A stretch of DNA of 19,040 nt from positions 1 to 19,040 of the forward strand of contig JAYZEG010000059.1 of the NCBI GenBank assembly GCA_036337435.1, read 5' to 3'. The notes beneath the pieces are model-generated. The model saw only the letters and a program-made list of their open reading frames with translations. It searched no databases and was not told where the DNA came from. Origin of the DNA: Myxococcota bacterium. Lineage in GTDB: Bacteria > Myxococcota_A > Bradymonadia > UBA7976 > UBA1532. A program made the translations under genes and the position numbers. Below are positions 8,420 through 17,061 of this stretch, in pieces (the first letter of the stretch is position 1; each line of letters starts with the position of its first letter).

Positions 8420-8625
8420 CTCGAGCTTATGTGCGTTCATTTTAAAGAGGAGCAGACGTGAGTTACGCAGGGGCATCTCGACCGGTATTCCGAATAGGGT
8501 CCACGCGCCTACATGAGCGTCACTGTGCCCTCGGTCGTTGGATTGAAGACCGCATTTAAGCATTGAATGGAAATGAGTTTAACCGCTCTATGCGATCGGC
8601 AGCACAGCATTAGAAAGGCTATGCT

Positions 8626-8663
8626 AAAAGTGCAGCAAGGGACCACGTCAGGCCCCTGCTGCA
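8626..8663 (-). terminator. Probable intrinsic terminator of the TM-helix-repeat gene
   Basis: Minus-strand hairpin TGCAGCAGGGGCC-TGACGT-GGTCCCTTGCTGCA followed by CTTTT, 13 nt after the stop at 8677. Confidence 0.6.
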
Positions 8664-8676
8664 TCTCGGCAGCCTC

Positions 8677-10350
8677 TTAAGCGTCGCCGTCTGATTTATT
8701 GGCTCGGTCATATTGGTTCTTTATGATGTCACTGGCGACATCACGTGAACCAAGGCCAAATGCAATCGCTGCAGCGAGCACAAGACCACCCAGTAACAGA
8801 CCGAAGGTGAGCAGCACAAAAGAGTGCGCGACCTGCAACTGCTGTAATGCCATTGTCACCGTGAAAACAAGGATCGCAACGCGAGTCGCCTCCCCTAACC
8901 AAGCACGGCTCTTATCACCCTGGAAGCGAGCCTGGAGCTGGTCTCTGACGAAGTTGGCTCCAGCAAGACCTGCTGTGACGATCAATAGGGCTACGATTCC
9001 CTTCGTGACTGCAAATGCGAGGACATGATTGATCAAATCAGCCCAGACGGTCAGGGCCAGTTTTTGGAGTGCCTGTACACTCGCGACCAGCACCACTGCG
9101 ATTTGCACGAAAAAACCGATGAGTTGCGTTGGTGTCCGGACACTGGCTGCAGCTTCTGTGCTGTCACCTGCACTCTTACCACCCATGCTGATGCCAAACT
9201 TGGCTAAGGTCTCATTGATTTGCAGTCCATCGAGTAGACCAACCACGGTTGCTCGGAGCAATCGACCGACCAAAACACCGACGGTAACAATGATGACCGC
9301 AACAAACACTGAGGGCAGGATTTGCCAAAATTGAGCAACCATGTTCTTGAGAGGACTACTCAACTCAGTCAAGTTCAGTTTGCCCAACGCAAGAATGAAG
9401 GCCTGGAGCAGGATGAAAACCTGAACAACCAGTCCAATGAATTCGCTGGCCGTCTTCTTGGTGAAGAAATTGCCGAGACCGATGCGTGTCACAATGCGGT
9501 CGAGACCAACGGCACTCAGCAGGCTGGCAGTCCCCGTTTTGGCCATATGGCTGAGCACGTAACCGACGAAAAGAATAATGACCGCAACGACGAGTAAGGG
9601 AAGTACGGTGAGACACTTGTTCAGGATATTTTGTAAGGGAACGTAAATGGCTTTGAACTGCAGGGCCTCGAAAGCACCGGCCAAACCAACCAACATGGCA
9701 AACCAGAATGCGACGGTCCCGATTGTCTGGCTAACAGGTCGAGATTCCTCATCGGCATCCATACCGACCGGCTTCGGTAGCTTGTCATCAAGCTTGCCCA
9801 AGGCAACGAGGCAGAGTTTACGCAGAATCGTACCGGCGACAACACCTGCTGCCAGAATCAAAGCGGCCTTACCGATGCTCGGCAGAGCGCCCGTGATCTT
9901 ATTCAAGAAGTTTTGAACAGGTTGGGCAGCCTGCCCTAAGCCGGCGAAACTGAGGGCTGCAACGACCGAGGACAGCAGACCTGCCCAGAAGACGATTGCA
10001 GCGAAAAACCGCTCAATAGAATCGTTTTCTTTGCTCTCTGCGCCGCCTTTATCACCGAGAAGTAAATGCAGACCGAGGACTTTCCCGACCTTCTCTCCCA
10101 TTTTTGTTTTCTTCAGCGCCACGTATGTGATCTTGGCAAGGATGAACTTTGAGATAAACCAACCTGCGAAAAGAACCAGTGCCGCGGCACCAAACTTCTT
10201 CGACCCTTCGTAGAAACTAGAGGCCAAGAACTGCTCCCAAAGGGCTGCAAAATCCCAGCTATCTGACCCATCTTTTGATTGCGCAAAAGCTGCGGCGGGT
10301 CCGACCATGATAAACAACATGATTGAAGCCCAAGCACGTCTTAAGCTCAT
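8677..10350 (-). CDS. CmpX-like / MscS-associated conserved TM-helix repeat membrane protein
   Basis: About five repeats of the [LP]xxxxAxxIxxxGxxxxxxxR type (e.g. ALPSIGKAALILAAG, VLPLLVVAVIILFVG, ILPSVFVAVIIVTVG) and C-terminal LAAAIAFGLGSRDVA. AAAGGAG RBS upstream. Confidence 0.85.
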   Translation of the reverse strand: MSLRRAWASIMLFIMVGPAAAFAQSKDGSDSWDFAALWEQFLASSFYEGSKKFGAAALVLFAGWFISKFILAKITYVALKKTKMGEKVGKVLGLHLLLGDKGGAESKENDSIERFFAAIVFWAGLLSSVVAALSFAGLGQAAQPVQNFLNKITGALPSIGKAALILAAGVVAGTILRKLCLVALGKLDDKLPKPVGMDADEESRPVSQTIGTVAFWFAMLVGLAGAFEALQFKAIYVPLQNILNKCLTVLPLLVVAVIILFVGYVLSHMAKTGTASLLSAVGLDRIVTRIGLGNFFTKKTASEFIGLVVQVFILLQAFILALGKLNLTELSSPLKNMVAQFWQILPSVFVAVIIVTVGVLVGRLLRATVVGLLDGLQINETLAKFGISMGGKSAGDSTEAAASVRTPTQLIGFFVQIAVVLVASVQALQKLALTVWADLINHVLAFAVTKGIVALLIVTAGLAGANFVRDQLQARFQGDKSRAWLGEATRVAILVFTVTMALQQLQVAHSFVLLTFGLLLGGLVLAAAIAFGLGSRDVASDIIKNQYDRANKSDGDA

Positions 10351-10570
10351 AAGAGATCTCCTTTATCGGATGTTAATTGACTGCCTAAACGAGTCACAGT
10401 CGGGGTGGTAGAACCCCTCGCTCCACCACCCTAGGGCCATAGGTGTAACTTATTCGAAAGCTGTGTGAAAGATTTCTCGACCCAATTCGTCGGTTCTGTC
10501 ATCGCGATGGCATATTTTGACCGCTCATCCGTCCTTATGAGGTGCGCGCCTCTCGGGCAGAGTTGGCCTT

Positions 10571-11551
10571 TCACGAATCCACAGAAAAGGAATCGGCAAA
10601 AACCGGCTGCGCTCGTTTTTCTCGACTTGGGACGAGCAAACGAGCACGATACCCTAGGCTGACACGATGAACCACTCCGGCGAGGACAAGACCAGCTATC
10701 ACATCGATTGCATAATGAAAACGGAGGTAAATCGTTGCCAGGACGATGTTGAAATCAATGAAGAAAAAGAGGACTGCCATACGCTTTGTGAAGCGGTCTC
10801 TGGCATAGGCATTCACCTGGAGAGCCACAAAAAATGTGAATGCTGAATGCAGCGATGGAAAAACATCAAGCAGCGGACCAGCCTGGTCGACAGCATCCAT
10901 GGTGAGCGCGTAAAAAACACCGCCGTGAAGGGGGCGTGGGAAATCCATCGTCTGATAAGGGCCCATCGCGGGCACCCATGTGTAGACAATCCAACCCGCA
11001 ATGATCAACATCAACGCCCCTGTCGTCAGACTGACGGCCGAGGGATCTCTCGAACCGGTGACCAGCGTTGGACCAACCGCATAAATCACGACGATAAAAT
11101 GAGTCAGATAAAAAAAAGATAGATATTCGGTCAACCAAATCGAATTGAATTGAACACTCCAGTGTGCAGGAACGACACCGAAAATAAGGCGATCGATGGA
11201 CGCCAGCTCACTGTCTAACAAAGCGGGTTGCAAACAGATGAGGGCGTCGCGAAAGAAAAAAATGAAGGCGCCTGCATGGACGAGAAATAGGGTCAGTCGA
11301 TACAGGACGCCCCGGAAACGTGAGCTCTGGATAAGTTGCCCACGAACCAAAACGAGCACCGAACAAAAAGTCACCAAAAGACTCAAAAAGCCGAGCATCG
11401 CTCGTTGTCTTTCCATCGACTCTCCGACAAGGGAGAACCGACATAAAAAATAACCAAAAAAAACGAGGGTCAATGTATCGACAAGAGACATCCCTGCACC
11501 AATGCGCCTGACCAATACTTTGACTAGAAATGGATTGCCCGTGCTGCTCAT
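10571..11551 (-). CDS. PAP2 superfamily membrane protein (PAP2_3 / AUR1 inositol-phosphorylceramide-synthase-like)
   Basis: Polytopic membrane protein with LDSELASIDRLIFG, LSFFYLTH, VPAMGP, DVFPSLH and YLRFHYAIDVIAG motifs. Start is uncertain (ATG 11551 or 11491); the track start at 11635 looks too long. Confidence 0.85.
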   Translation of the reverse strand: MSSTGNPFLVKVLVRRIGAGMSLVDTLTLVFFGYFLCRFSLVGESMERQRAMLGFLSLLVTFCSVLVLVRGQLIQSSRFRGVLYRLTLFLVHAGAFIFFFRDALICLQPALLDSELASIDRLIFGVVPAHWSVQFNSIWLTEYLSFFYLTHFIVVIYAVGPTLVTGSRDPSAVSLTTGALMLIIAGWIVYTWVPAMGPYQTMDFPRPLHGGVFYALTMDAVDQAGPLLDVFPSLHSAFTFFVALQVNAYARDRFTKRMAVLFFFIDFNIVLATIYLRFHYAIDVIAGLVLAGVVHRVSLGYRARLLVPSREKRAQPVFADSFSVDS

Positions 11552-11679
11552 GGCCTGTCCAATAGGTCGAAAACAAAAACCTGAACCAGACCATATCGGG
11601 CATAAGTCACCGCAACAAGGTCTCAATGCCGACACGCGACCAGGCGTCTTTATGGTCTTGGGGCCTATTGAGTTTGACT

Positions 11680-11708
11680 TTGTATGGAGCCTCCAGTCCG
11701 GCTATGGT
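11680..11708 (+). promoter_or_regulatory. Possible sigma70-like promoter for the VWA lipoprotein gene
   Basis: TTGTAT (11680-11685), 17-nt spacer, TATGGT (11703-11708). AGGAGG RBS at 11733-11738. Confidence 0.4.
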
Positions 11709-11743
11709 GTTGACAATGGCTGGGGGCGCAGTAGGAGGCTCAT

Positions 11744-12979
11744 GTGTACAGAATCGCCATTCTTCTAATCTGCTTGGCAGCATTCGCATGTAATGAAGAT
11801 GAGAGTGCAGGCTTTAATTGCATGACCGATCCAAACCTGTGTCCGGTTGGCACGATGTGCATCGAGGACGAGACTGGGCAAAATCGGTGCGAAGGACCCA
11901 GCGATCAAGACACAGCATTGGCCCCACTGCCAGTTGGCGACATGGCATTAGCCAATCAACGTGACCAAGCTCCTGGCTTATCGGATGCACAAACAGGGCC
12001 CAGCGTAGATTCAGGCTTACAGGAGACAGATGGACAGGCCGGTCCATCAGGGTGTGGCAATCTTAGGATCTTGTTAAAACCAAGTGCCTCCGCGACGGCG
12101 CGAGTTGTCTTGGTTGTCGATCGTTCGTACAGCATGATCGAGGACGGAGATCGCTGGACACCGATGCTCAATGCCCTTCAACAAGTGACCCAAGCACTCC
12201 AAAATACGGTCCAATTCGGCTTGGTGGTATTTCCAACTCCATCGCCCGGTCCAGGCATCGACCCCCGAGTCGCCGAAGCCTGCGCACCAGGACAGTTAGA
12301 CGTCGCCCCAAATTTCGGGACCGCGGAGCAGATCGCCAGTATACTTGAGTTTTCAGAGCCTCGATTTGGGCAAGGGACACCCACCTATTCCGCCTTATTG
12401 TCAGCGGGTCAAGCCCTCCTGAATGAGGCCACCGATGCGGATTACATTTTGCTTGCAACAGATGGTGGCCCCGGCTGCAACTTCGGTTTAGATCACAACC
12501 GCTGCGTCTGCTTGAATGGGGGGTCGTGCGTTGTGTGGGAAATGCCACAAAATTGCCTCGATGATCGTCGTACGGTTGATACGGTAACCCAACTCAGGAT
12601 GGCTCAGGGAATTAGGACATTCGTACTCGGCTTGACGGGCGATGGTTTCTTGCCGGAAGCCAGGCGAGTGCTTGACGACATGGCCGTTGCAGGAGGCACA
12701 GCCGTCAATGGCCGTCATTTCGAAGTCGACACGGTCGACGCCCTCGCCCGGCAGCTAATCAGCACGGCCGGCAGCGTAGTCCCTTGTCGGTACGACCTCG
12801 GTGCCTTGGCAGACCAGGCCGATGAAATAACAGTCACAATCGATGGCATGGCCTATCCAAGAGACCGAAACCGTGCCAACGGCTGGGATGTCGATGGCGA
12901 CGTTATCGAGTTTTTTGGCAATGCATGTCTCGCGCTCCGCGATGGGTACGCTCATGAGATTCAAGCCCAATGCGAATAG
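11744..12979 (+). CDS. Cys-rich VWA-domain lipoprotein (myxobacterial type, CglB-like architecture)
   Basis: Lipobox LAAFAC, Cys-rich N-terminal module, low-complexity linker, MIDAS residues (VVDRSYSM, GTPT, LATDGGPGC), and C-terminal C...GW...IEFFGNAC..C domain. Strong SD before the GTG start. Confidence 0.85.
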   Translation: MYRIAILLICLAAFACNEDESAGFNCMTDPNLCPVGTMCIEDETGQNRCEGPSDQDTALAPLPVGDMALANQRDQAPGLSDAQTGPSVDSGLQETDGQAGPSGCGNLRILLKPSASATARVVLVVDRSYSMIEDGDRWTPMLNALQQVTQALQNTVQFGLVVFPTPSPGPGIDPRVAEACAPGQLDVAPNFGTAEQIASILEFSEPRFGQGTPTYSALLSAGQALLNEATDADYILLATDGGPGCNFGLDHNRCVCLNGGSCVVWEMPQNCLDDRRTVDTVTQLRMAQGIRTFVLGLTGDGFLPEARRVLDDMAVAGGTAVNGRHFEVDTVDALARQLISTAGSVVPCRYDLGALADQADEITVTIDGMAYPRDRNRANGWDVDGDVIEFFGNACLALRDGYAHEIQAQCE

Positions 12980-13085
12980 AGACTGCTCACCGCGTACGGC
13001 TTGGTCATCTGCCGCAGACGACCGGACCCGACGCAGTTTAGTGGACCGCGTCGACGCAAGTCAGGACGAGATCCTTTTTTAACCG

Positions 13086-14825
13086 ATGAAGAAATTGGAC
13101 CTCATCATCAGAAATGGCCAGCTGTTCGACGGCACCGGTCGCGATCGTGTCAAGGGCGACCTAGGCATCTGTGACGGACAAATTGTTCGCTTCGGGGGAA
13201 CCATTGAATCCGATGCAAAAACCGTCATCGACGCCACGGAACAGTGGGTCATGCCGGGTTTTATCGATTTCCATACTCATTACGATGCAGAACTGGAAAT
13301 CGACCCGTCTTTAAGTGAATCCGTTCGCCATGGTGTCACCTCGGTCGTTGTCGGCAGCTGCTCTCTGTCAACGGCCGTCGGTGAACCTGAAGACATCGCC
13401 GATATATTTTGCAGAGTGGAAGGCGTACCCAGGTCCACGATGCTGCCGCTGCTGAAAAAAATTAAGGATTGGAATACTTTCGAAGACTATTTGGATCATT
13501 TGGCTAAACGTCCCCTTGGCCCCAATGTAAGTGCCTTCGTCGGACACTCGAATTTACGTATGCATGTGATGGGCTTTGCTCGCTCCCTCGACCATAAAAT
13601 ACGCCCAACGAAGGATGAACTTGAGGAGATGAAGCGACAGCTGGAGCGAGCTCTTGATGCCGGTTACGTAGGGTTATCGATTCAAACCCTCCCGTGGGAT
13701 AAATTGGACGGAGACCGATTCCGCAGTCGCCCGCTGCCATCCTATTACGCCCGGTGGAGTGAATATCGACACCTGACACGAATCCTTAGACGCCGGAAAC
13801 GGGTTTTCCAAGGCGTGCCCAACGTGACCACCAAAGTCAATGTCCTGCTCTTCCTTTGGGAGAGTACTGGTCTTTTCCGACCGGCATTGAGAACGACTGT
13901 GATCTCCCTGATGGATATCATTGCAAATCGATATATTTACCGAATCGTGCCTTGGCTATCGCGTTTCTTTAATCGACTTCTTGGGGCAGATTTTAGGTTC
14001 CAGGCACTGCCCAACCCATTCGATGTCTGGGCAGACGGCATGGAGCTTGTCATCTTTGAGGAGTTCGCGAGTGGAACGGAAGCCATACACTTAAACAACC
14101 TGGCTCAACGTGCTGAACTCTTGAAAGATCCTCGGTATATTAAGCGTTTCAGGCGTCACTGGAAATCGCTTTTCTCCCCTCGAGTCTATCATAGAAACTT
14201 CAAGCATACAGAAATCCTCGATTGTCCGGATAAGCGCCTCATCGGACAATCTTTCTTCGATATCGCAAAGAGCCAAGGGCAAGACCCTGTCGCTGTTTTC
14301 CTGAATCTAGCGTCCGAATATGGCGACCGTTTGCGATGGTATTCGATGGTTGCCAATGACCGCTTAAAGCCATTGGAACGAATCGTCTCTCATCCTGATG
14401 TGCTGATCGGCTTCAGTGATGCGGGTGCCCACTTGCGCAATATGGCCCACTACAGTTTTCCAGTCCGCATGTTAAAGCTCGTCCATGACGCAGAAAAGCG
14501 AGGTGAAGAATTCATGTCGATTGAGCACGCTGTTCATCGGCTTACGGGAGAGATTGCCGATTGGTTCAGATTGCCTAGCGGCCATCTCAAGGTTGGTCGA
14601 CAAGCAGATGTCGTGATCATTGACCCGAAAGGCTTGGATGATAAATTGGAGGCGACCCATGAAGTGGAGATGCCAGGATTCGGTGGATTGAAGAGGCTCG
14701 TTCGCCGAAGCGATGACGCTGTCCCACTGGTTGTGATCAATGGCCAAATTGCTTGGCATATGGGAACTCTATCGGCCGATCTGGGAAAGAAAGCGGGCTT
14801 TGGGCGCGTCCTGAAACCAGTTTAA
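13086..14825 (+). CDS. Second N-acyl-D-amino-acid deacylase family amidohydrolase
   Basis: 579 aa. DLIIRNGQLFDGTG, PGFIDFHTHYDAE, ESVRHGVTSVVVGSCSLS, FSDAGAHLRNMA, GHLKVGRQADVVIIDP. Confidence 0.92.
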   Translation: MKKLDLIIRNGQLFDGTGRDRVKGDLGICDGQIVRFGGTIESDAKTVIDATEQWVMPGFIDFHTHYDAELEIDPSLSESVRHGVTSVVVGSCSLSTAVGEPEDIADIFCRVEGVPRSTMLPLLKKIKDWNTFEDYLDHLAKRPLGPNVSAFVGHSNLRMHVMGFARSLDHKIRPTKDELEEMKRQLERALDAGYVGLSIQTLPWDKLDGDRFRSRPLPSYYARWSEYRHLTRILRRRKRVFQGVPNVTTKVNVLLFLWESTGLFRPALRTTVISLMDIIANRYIYRIVPWLSRFFNRLLGADFRFQALPNPFDVWADGMELVIFEEFASGTEAIHLNNLAQRAELLKDPRYIKRFRRHWKSLFSPRVYHRNFKHTEILDCPDKRLIGQSFFDIAKSQGQDPVAVFLNLASEYGDRLRWYSMVANDRLKPLERIVSHPDVLIGFSDAGAHLRNMAHYSFPVRMLKLVHDAEKRGEEFMSIEHAVHRLTGEIADWFRLPSGHLKVGRQADVVIIDPKGLDDKLEATHEVEMPGFGGLKRLVRRSDDAVPLVVINGQIAWHMGTLSADLGKKAGFGRVLKPV

Positions 14826-14899
14826 CGCCCCACTTAAATCCTGATAGGCCCGACCCATTTATTGATTGCTATTTAAGCTAAAAGGCCCTTACGCTCCTG

Positions 14900-16315
14900 G
14901 TGCAATTTCCAATCGAGACCAGCATGTCAAAACGGCAAATAGGGCTTAGGAGTGCAGATTCTTTTGCTGGGTACACCCTTCAATTACTCACAAGCTTCTC
15001 CGGATTAGAATTTAAGTTAGATGACCAGGGTGAACTGGATTATGGTCACGAATCTGGTGCCGCTTTGCTCATTCCGTACGTCGCGAGCTATACCATCGAC
15101 ACCATTCCGAAAGTCCCGACTGATGACGATTATCGGCGGCTCGAATCAGCAAACACAGCGTTTCCCTTCGATGTGTTCAGTGCTGTGCGTTATTGGCTCT
15201 GCGACGAAGGCCATACAGTCTGCTCAGAGAACGACTTAGACCAACATCACCGACTGGTTTATCGAGCGTCGGTCCAGCATCAACATGGGCATGGTTCAAT
15301 CCCTATCGTGAATGCCTATTTTACATTATTCTTGGAGTGGCTTCGGTGCCAATTAGGCGTCGAGTATGAGAAGCCGAGAGCAGCCGTCATCCTGACTCAC
15401 GATGTTGATCAACCCATTAGCCCTGGCGATTTGAATCACCACCTCTGGCGGATTGTTTCAAGTACGATGAGGGGCAACTTCAGGGCGTCTTTAAGCCTGA
15501 TTCGGGCGACATCGAACGAACTCCGAAAACGGCTGCGCAATGGATCCGAACAGTACTGGAACTTTGAAAAGATTACTGAACTTGAAGGGAAGTATGGCTT
15601 TACAAGTACCTACTTCTTTGCCTCACGTCCACGCTGGTTTAAAGGGGCGTCCCTCTATGATGTGGATTACGATATTGAGACGACCGCGTTTAAACGTATC
15701 TTCAAATACCTACAAGACAGGGGCGCAGGTATCGGTCTCCACGCAAGCTATAACGCCTGCGAGGATCAGATCTTGTTCGCCAATGAGCAGAAGCGGCTCA
15801 GCCGTCTGACTGGCATCACGTCTATAGGCTGTCGTCACCATTACTGGCATATGAAAACACCGTTTTGGCCAACCTTGGACATGCACGCCAGAATTGGGCT
15901 GCGATATGACATGTCGGTGGCGTTCAATGAAAGCCCGGGTTATCGGCTCGGAATCGGCTTTCCGTTCTACCCATGGGATCCGACGACAGGCCAAACGATT
16001 CCTGTCATACAAATTCCAACCGTCATCATGGATGGAGCTCTTCTCTATGATCCGAGCCAGACCGTTGATGGAGCTCTGTCGATTCTCGATCGGGTGCTCG
16101 AAGATGTCAAAAGTCATCACGCCACCGTCGCCATCGATTGGCACGTGCGCTCGAGCTATCCAAGCAACCAAAGATATAAAAAGTGGGCAATTGTTTACGA
16201 GGAGTTGCTCAAACGACTTGAGATGGATCCAGACATCGAGGTAACGACACCCGAGAAACTGACTCAACGTTGGCGAGGCCAAAGCTGTCATGGGATTAAA
16301 CATGCTCACACATAG
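14900..16315 (+). CDS. Polysaccharide deacetylase (CE4/NodB-like) family protein with an N-terminal extension
   Basis: Motifs LTHDVD, STYFF, IGLHASY, GCRHHY, YDMSVAF, GYRLGIGFPF, IPTVIMD and IDWH. The N-terminal DVFSAVRYWL..DQHHRL..PIVNAY block resembles deacetylases from surface-glycan loci. Start is GTG 14900 or ATG 14924. Confidence 0.85.
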   Translation: MQFPIETSMSKRQIGLRSADSFAGYTLQLLTSFSGLEFKLDDQGELDYGHESGAALLIPYVASYTIDTIPKVPTDDDYRRLESANTAFPFDVFSAVRYWLCDEGHTVCSENDLDQHHRLVYRASVQHQHGHGSIPIVNAYFTLFLEWLRCQLGVEYEKPRAAVILTHDVDQPISPGDLNHHLWRIVSSTMRGNFRASLSLIRATSNELRKRLRNGSEQYWNFEKITELEGKYGFTSTYFFASRPRWFKGASLYDVDYDIETTAFKRIFKYLQDRGAGIGLHASYNACEDQILFANEQKRLSRLTGITSIGCRHHYWHMKTPFWPTLDMHARIGLRYDMSVAFNESPGYRLGIGFPFYPWDPTTGQTIPVIQIPTVIMDGALLYDPSQTVDGALSILDRVLEDVKSHHATVAIDWHVRSSYPSNQRYKKWAIVYEELLKRLEMDPDIEVTTPEKLTQRWRGQSCHGIKHAHT

Positions 16316-16341
16316 CCCAACATGTCATGTGAGATATCAAT

Positions 16342-17061
16342 ATGATCAATAACGAACTTTGGCCCAATTTATGGCGCCAATACCTCGACCAGTACTTGAG
16401 TAAACCGCCGAGAACCGGCTTTTGGGTAGACGCTCACTTTGGCGGCAAAGCAAATTCATTCTTAGAGTTGGGCTGTGGTAGTGGTCGCGATGCGATGTAC
16501 CTTGCACAGCGAGGTCACAGCGTCGTGGGCTCTGACCTGGATGACGTCACCCTGATGGAACTCGAGACCCGCTTTGGTAGCGAGACACTCAATTTCTCTG
16601 TGCAGGACGCCTCAAATTTGACCTTCGATACCGACAGCTTTGACGTCGTTTACCACAATGGTCTCTGGGTTTTGTTTGAAGACGACGACGTCATCATCAG
16701 CATGCTCAAAGAGCAAATCCGAGTGGCTTCAAAATACGCCATCATTCTTGTTCACAATCAGGAAAACTTGGCCTTGAGACGCCAATTCCAAAAGCGGGCC
16801 GATGGCGGCGACCAGCTCTATGATATCCGCTTTTTCAACCGAACCTCACTCACGGACTTAATCGAGTCGTCGGGGCTAGAATATCGTTCCCTTAAATTAA
16901 TGAAATTCGGGGGCCGCTTCGATGCCTTTTACAGGAAGACGCCCATCAAAAGAGTCATTCCAAATGTCCTTTGGCCACTTAGGAAACAGCTCGTACCGCA
17001 TCTTTACCAAGCGGAATCATGGACCCGGACTGAGCGGCTCGCCTGCGTATTGGAACTATGA
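16342..17061 (+). CDS. Class I SAM-dependent methyltransferase
   Basis: Motif I FLELGCGSGRD, post-I VVGSD, VQDASNLTFDTDSFDVVYHNG. Confidence 0.93.
   Translation: MINNELWPNLWRQYLDQYLSKPPRTGFWVDAHFGGKANSFLELGCGSGRDAMYLAQRGHSVVGSDLDDVTLMELETRFGSETLNFSVQDASNLTFDTDSFDVVYHNGLWVLFEDDDVIISMLKEQIRVASKYAIILVHNQENLALRRQFQKRADGGDQLYDIRFFNRTSLTDLIESSGLEYRSLKLMKFGGRFDAFYRKTPIKRVIPNVLWPLRKQLVPHLYQAESWTRTERLACVLEL

Noticed and set aside
10363..10389. Second sigma28-like promoter (TCCGATAA on the minus strand) before the TM-repeat gene
   Set aside because: Poor -35 (TTTA), and the -10 abuts the RBS, so the transcript would lose its SD.
15710..16309. 199-aa antisense ORF
   Set aside because: Lies wholly opposite the well-supported deacetylase and has no recognisable motifs; a shadow ORF.
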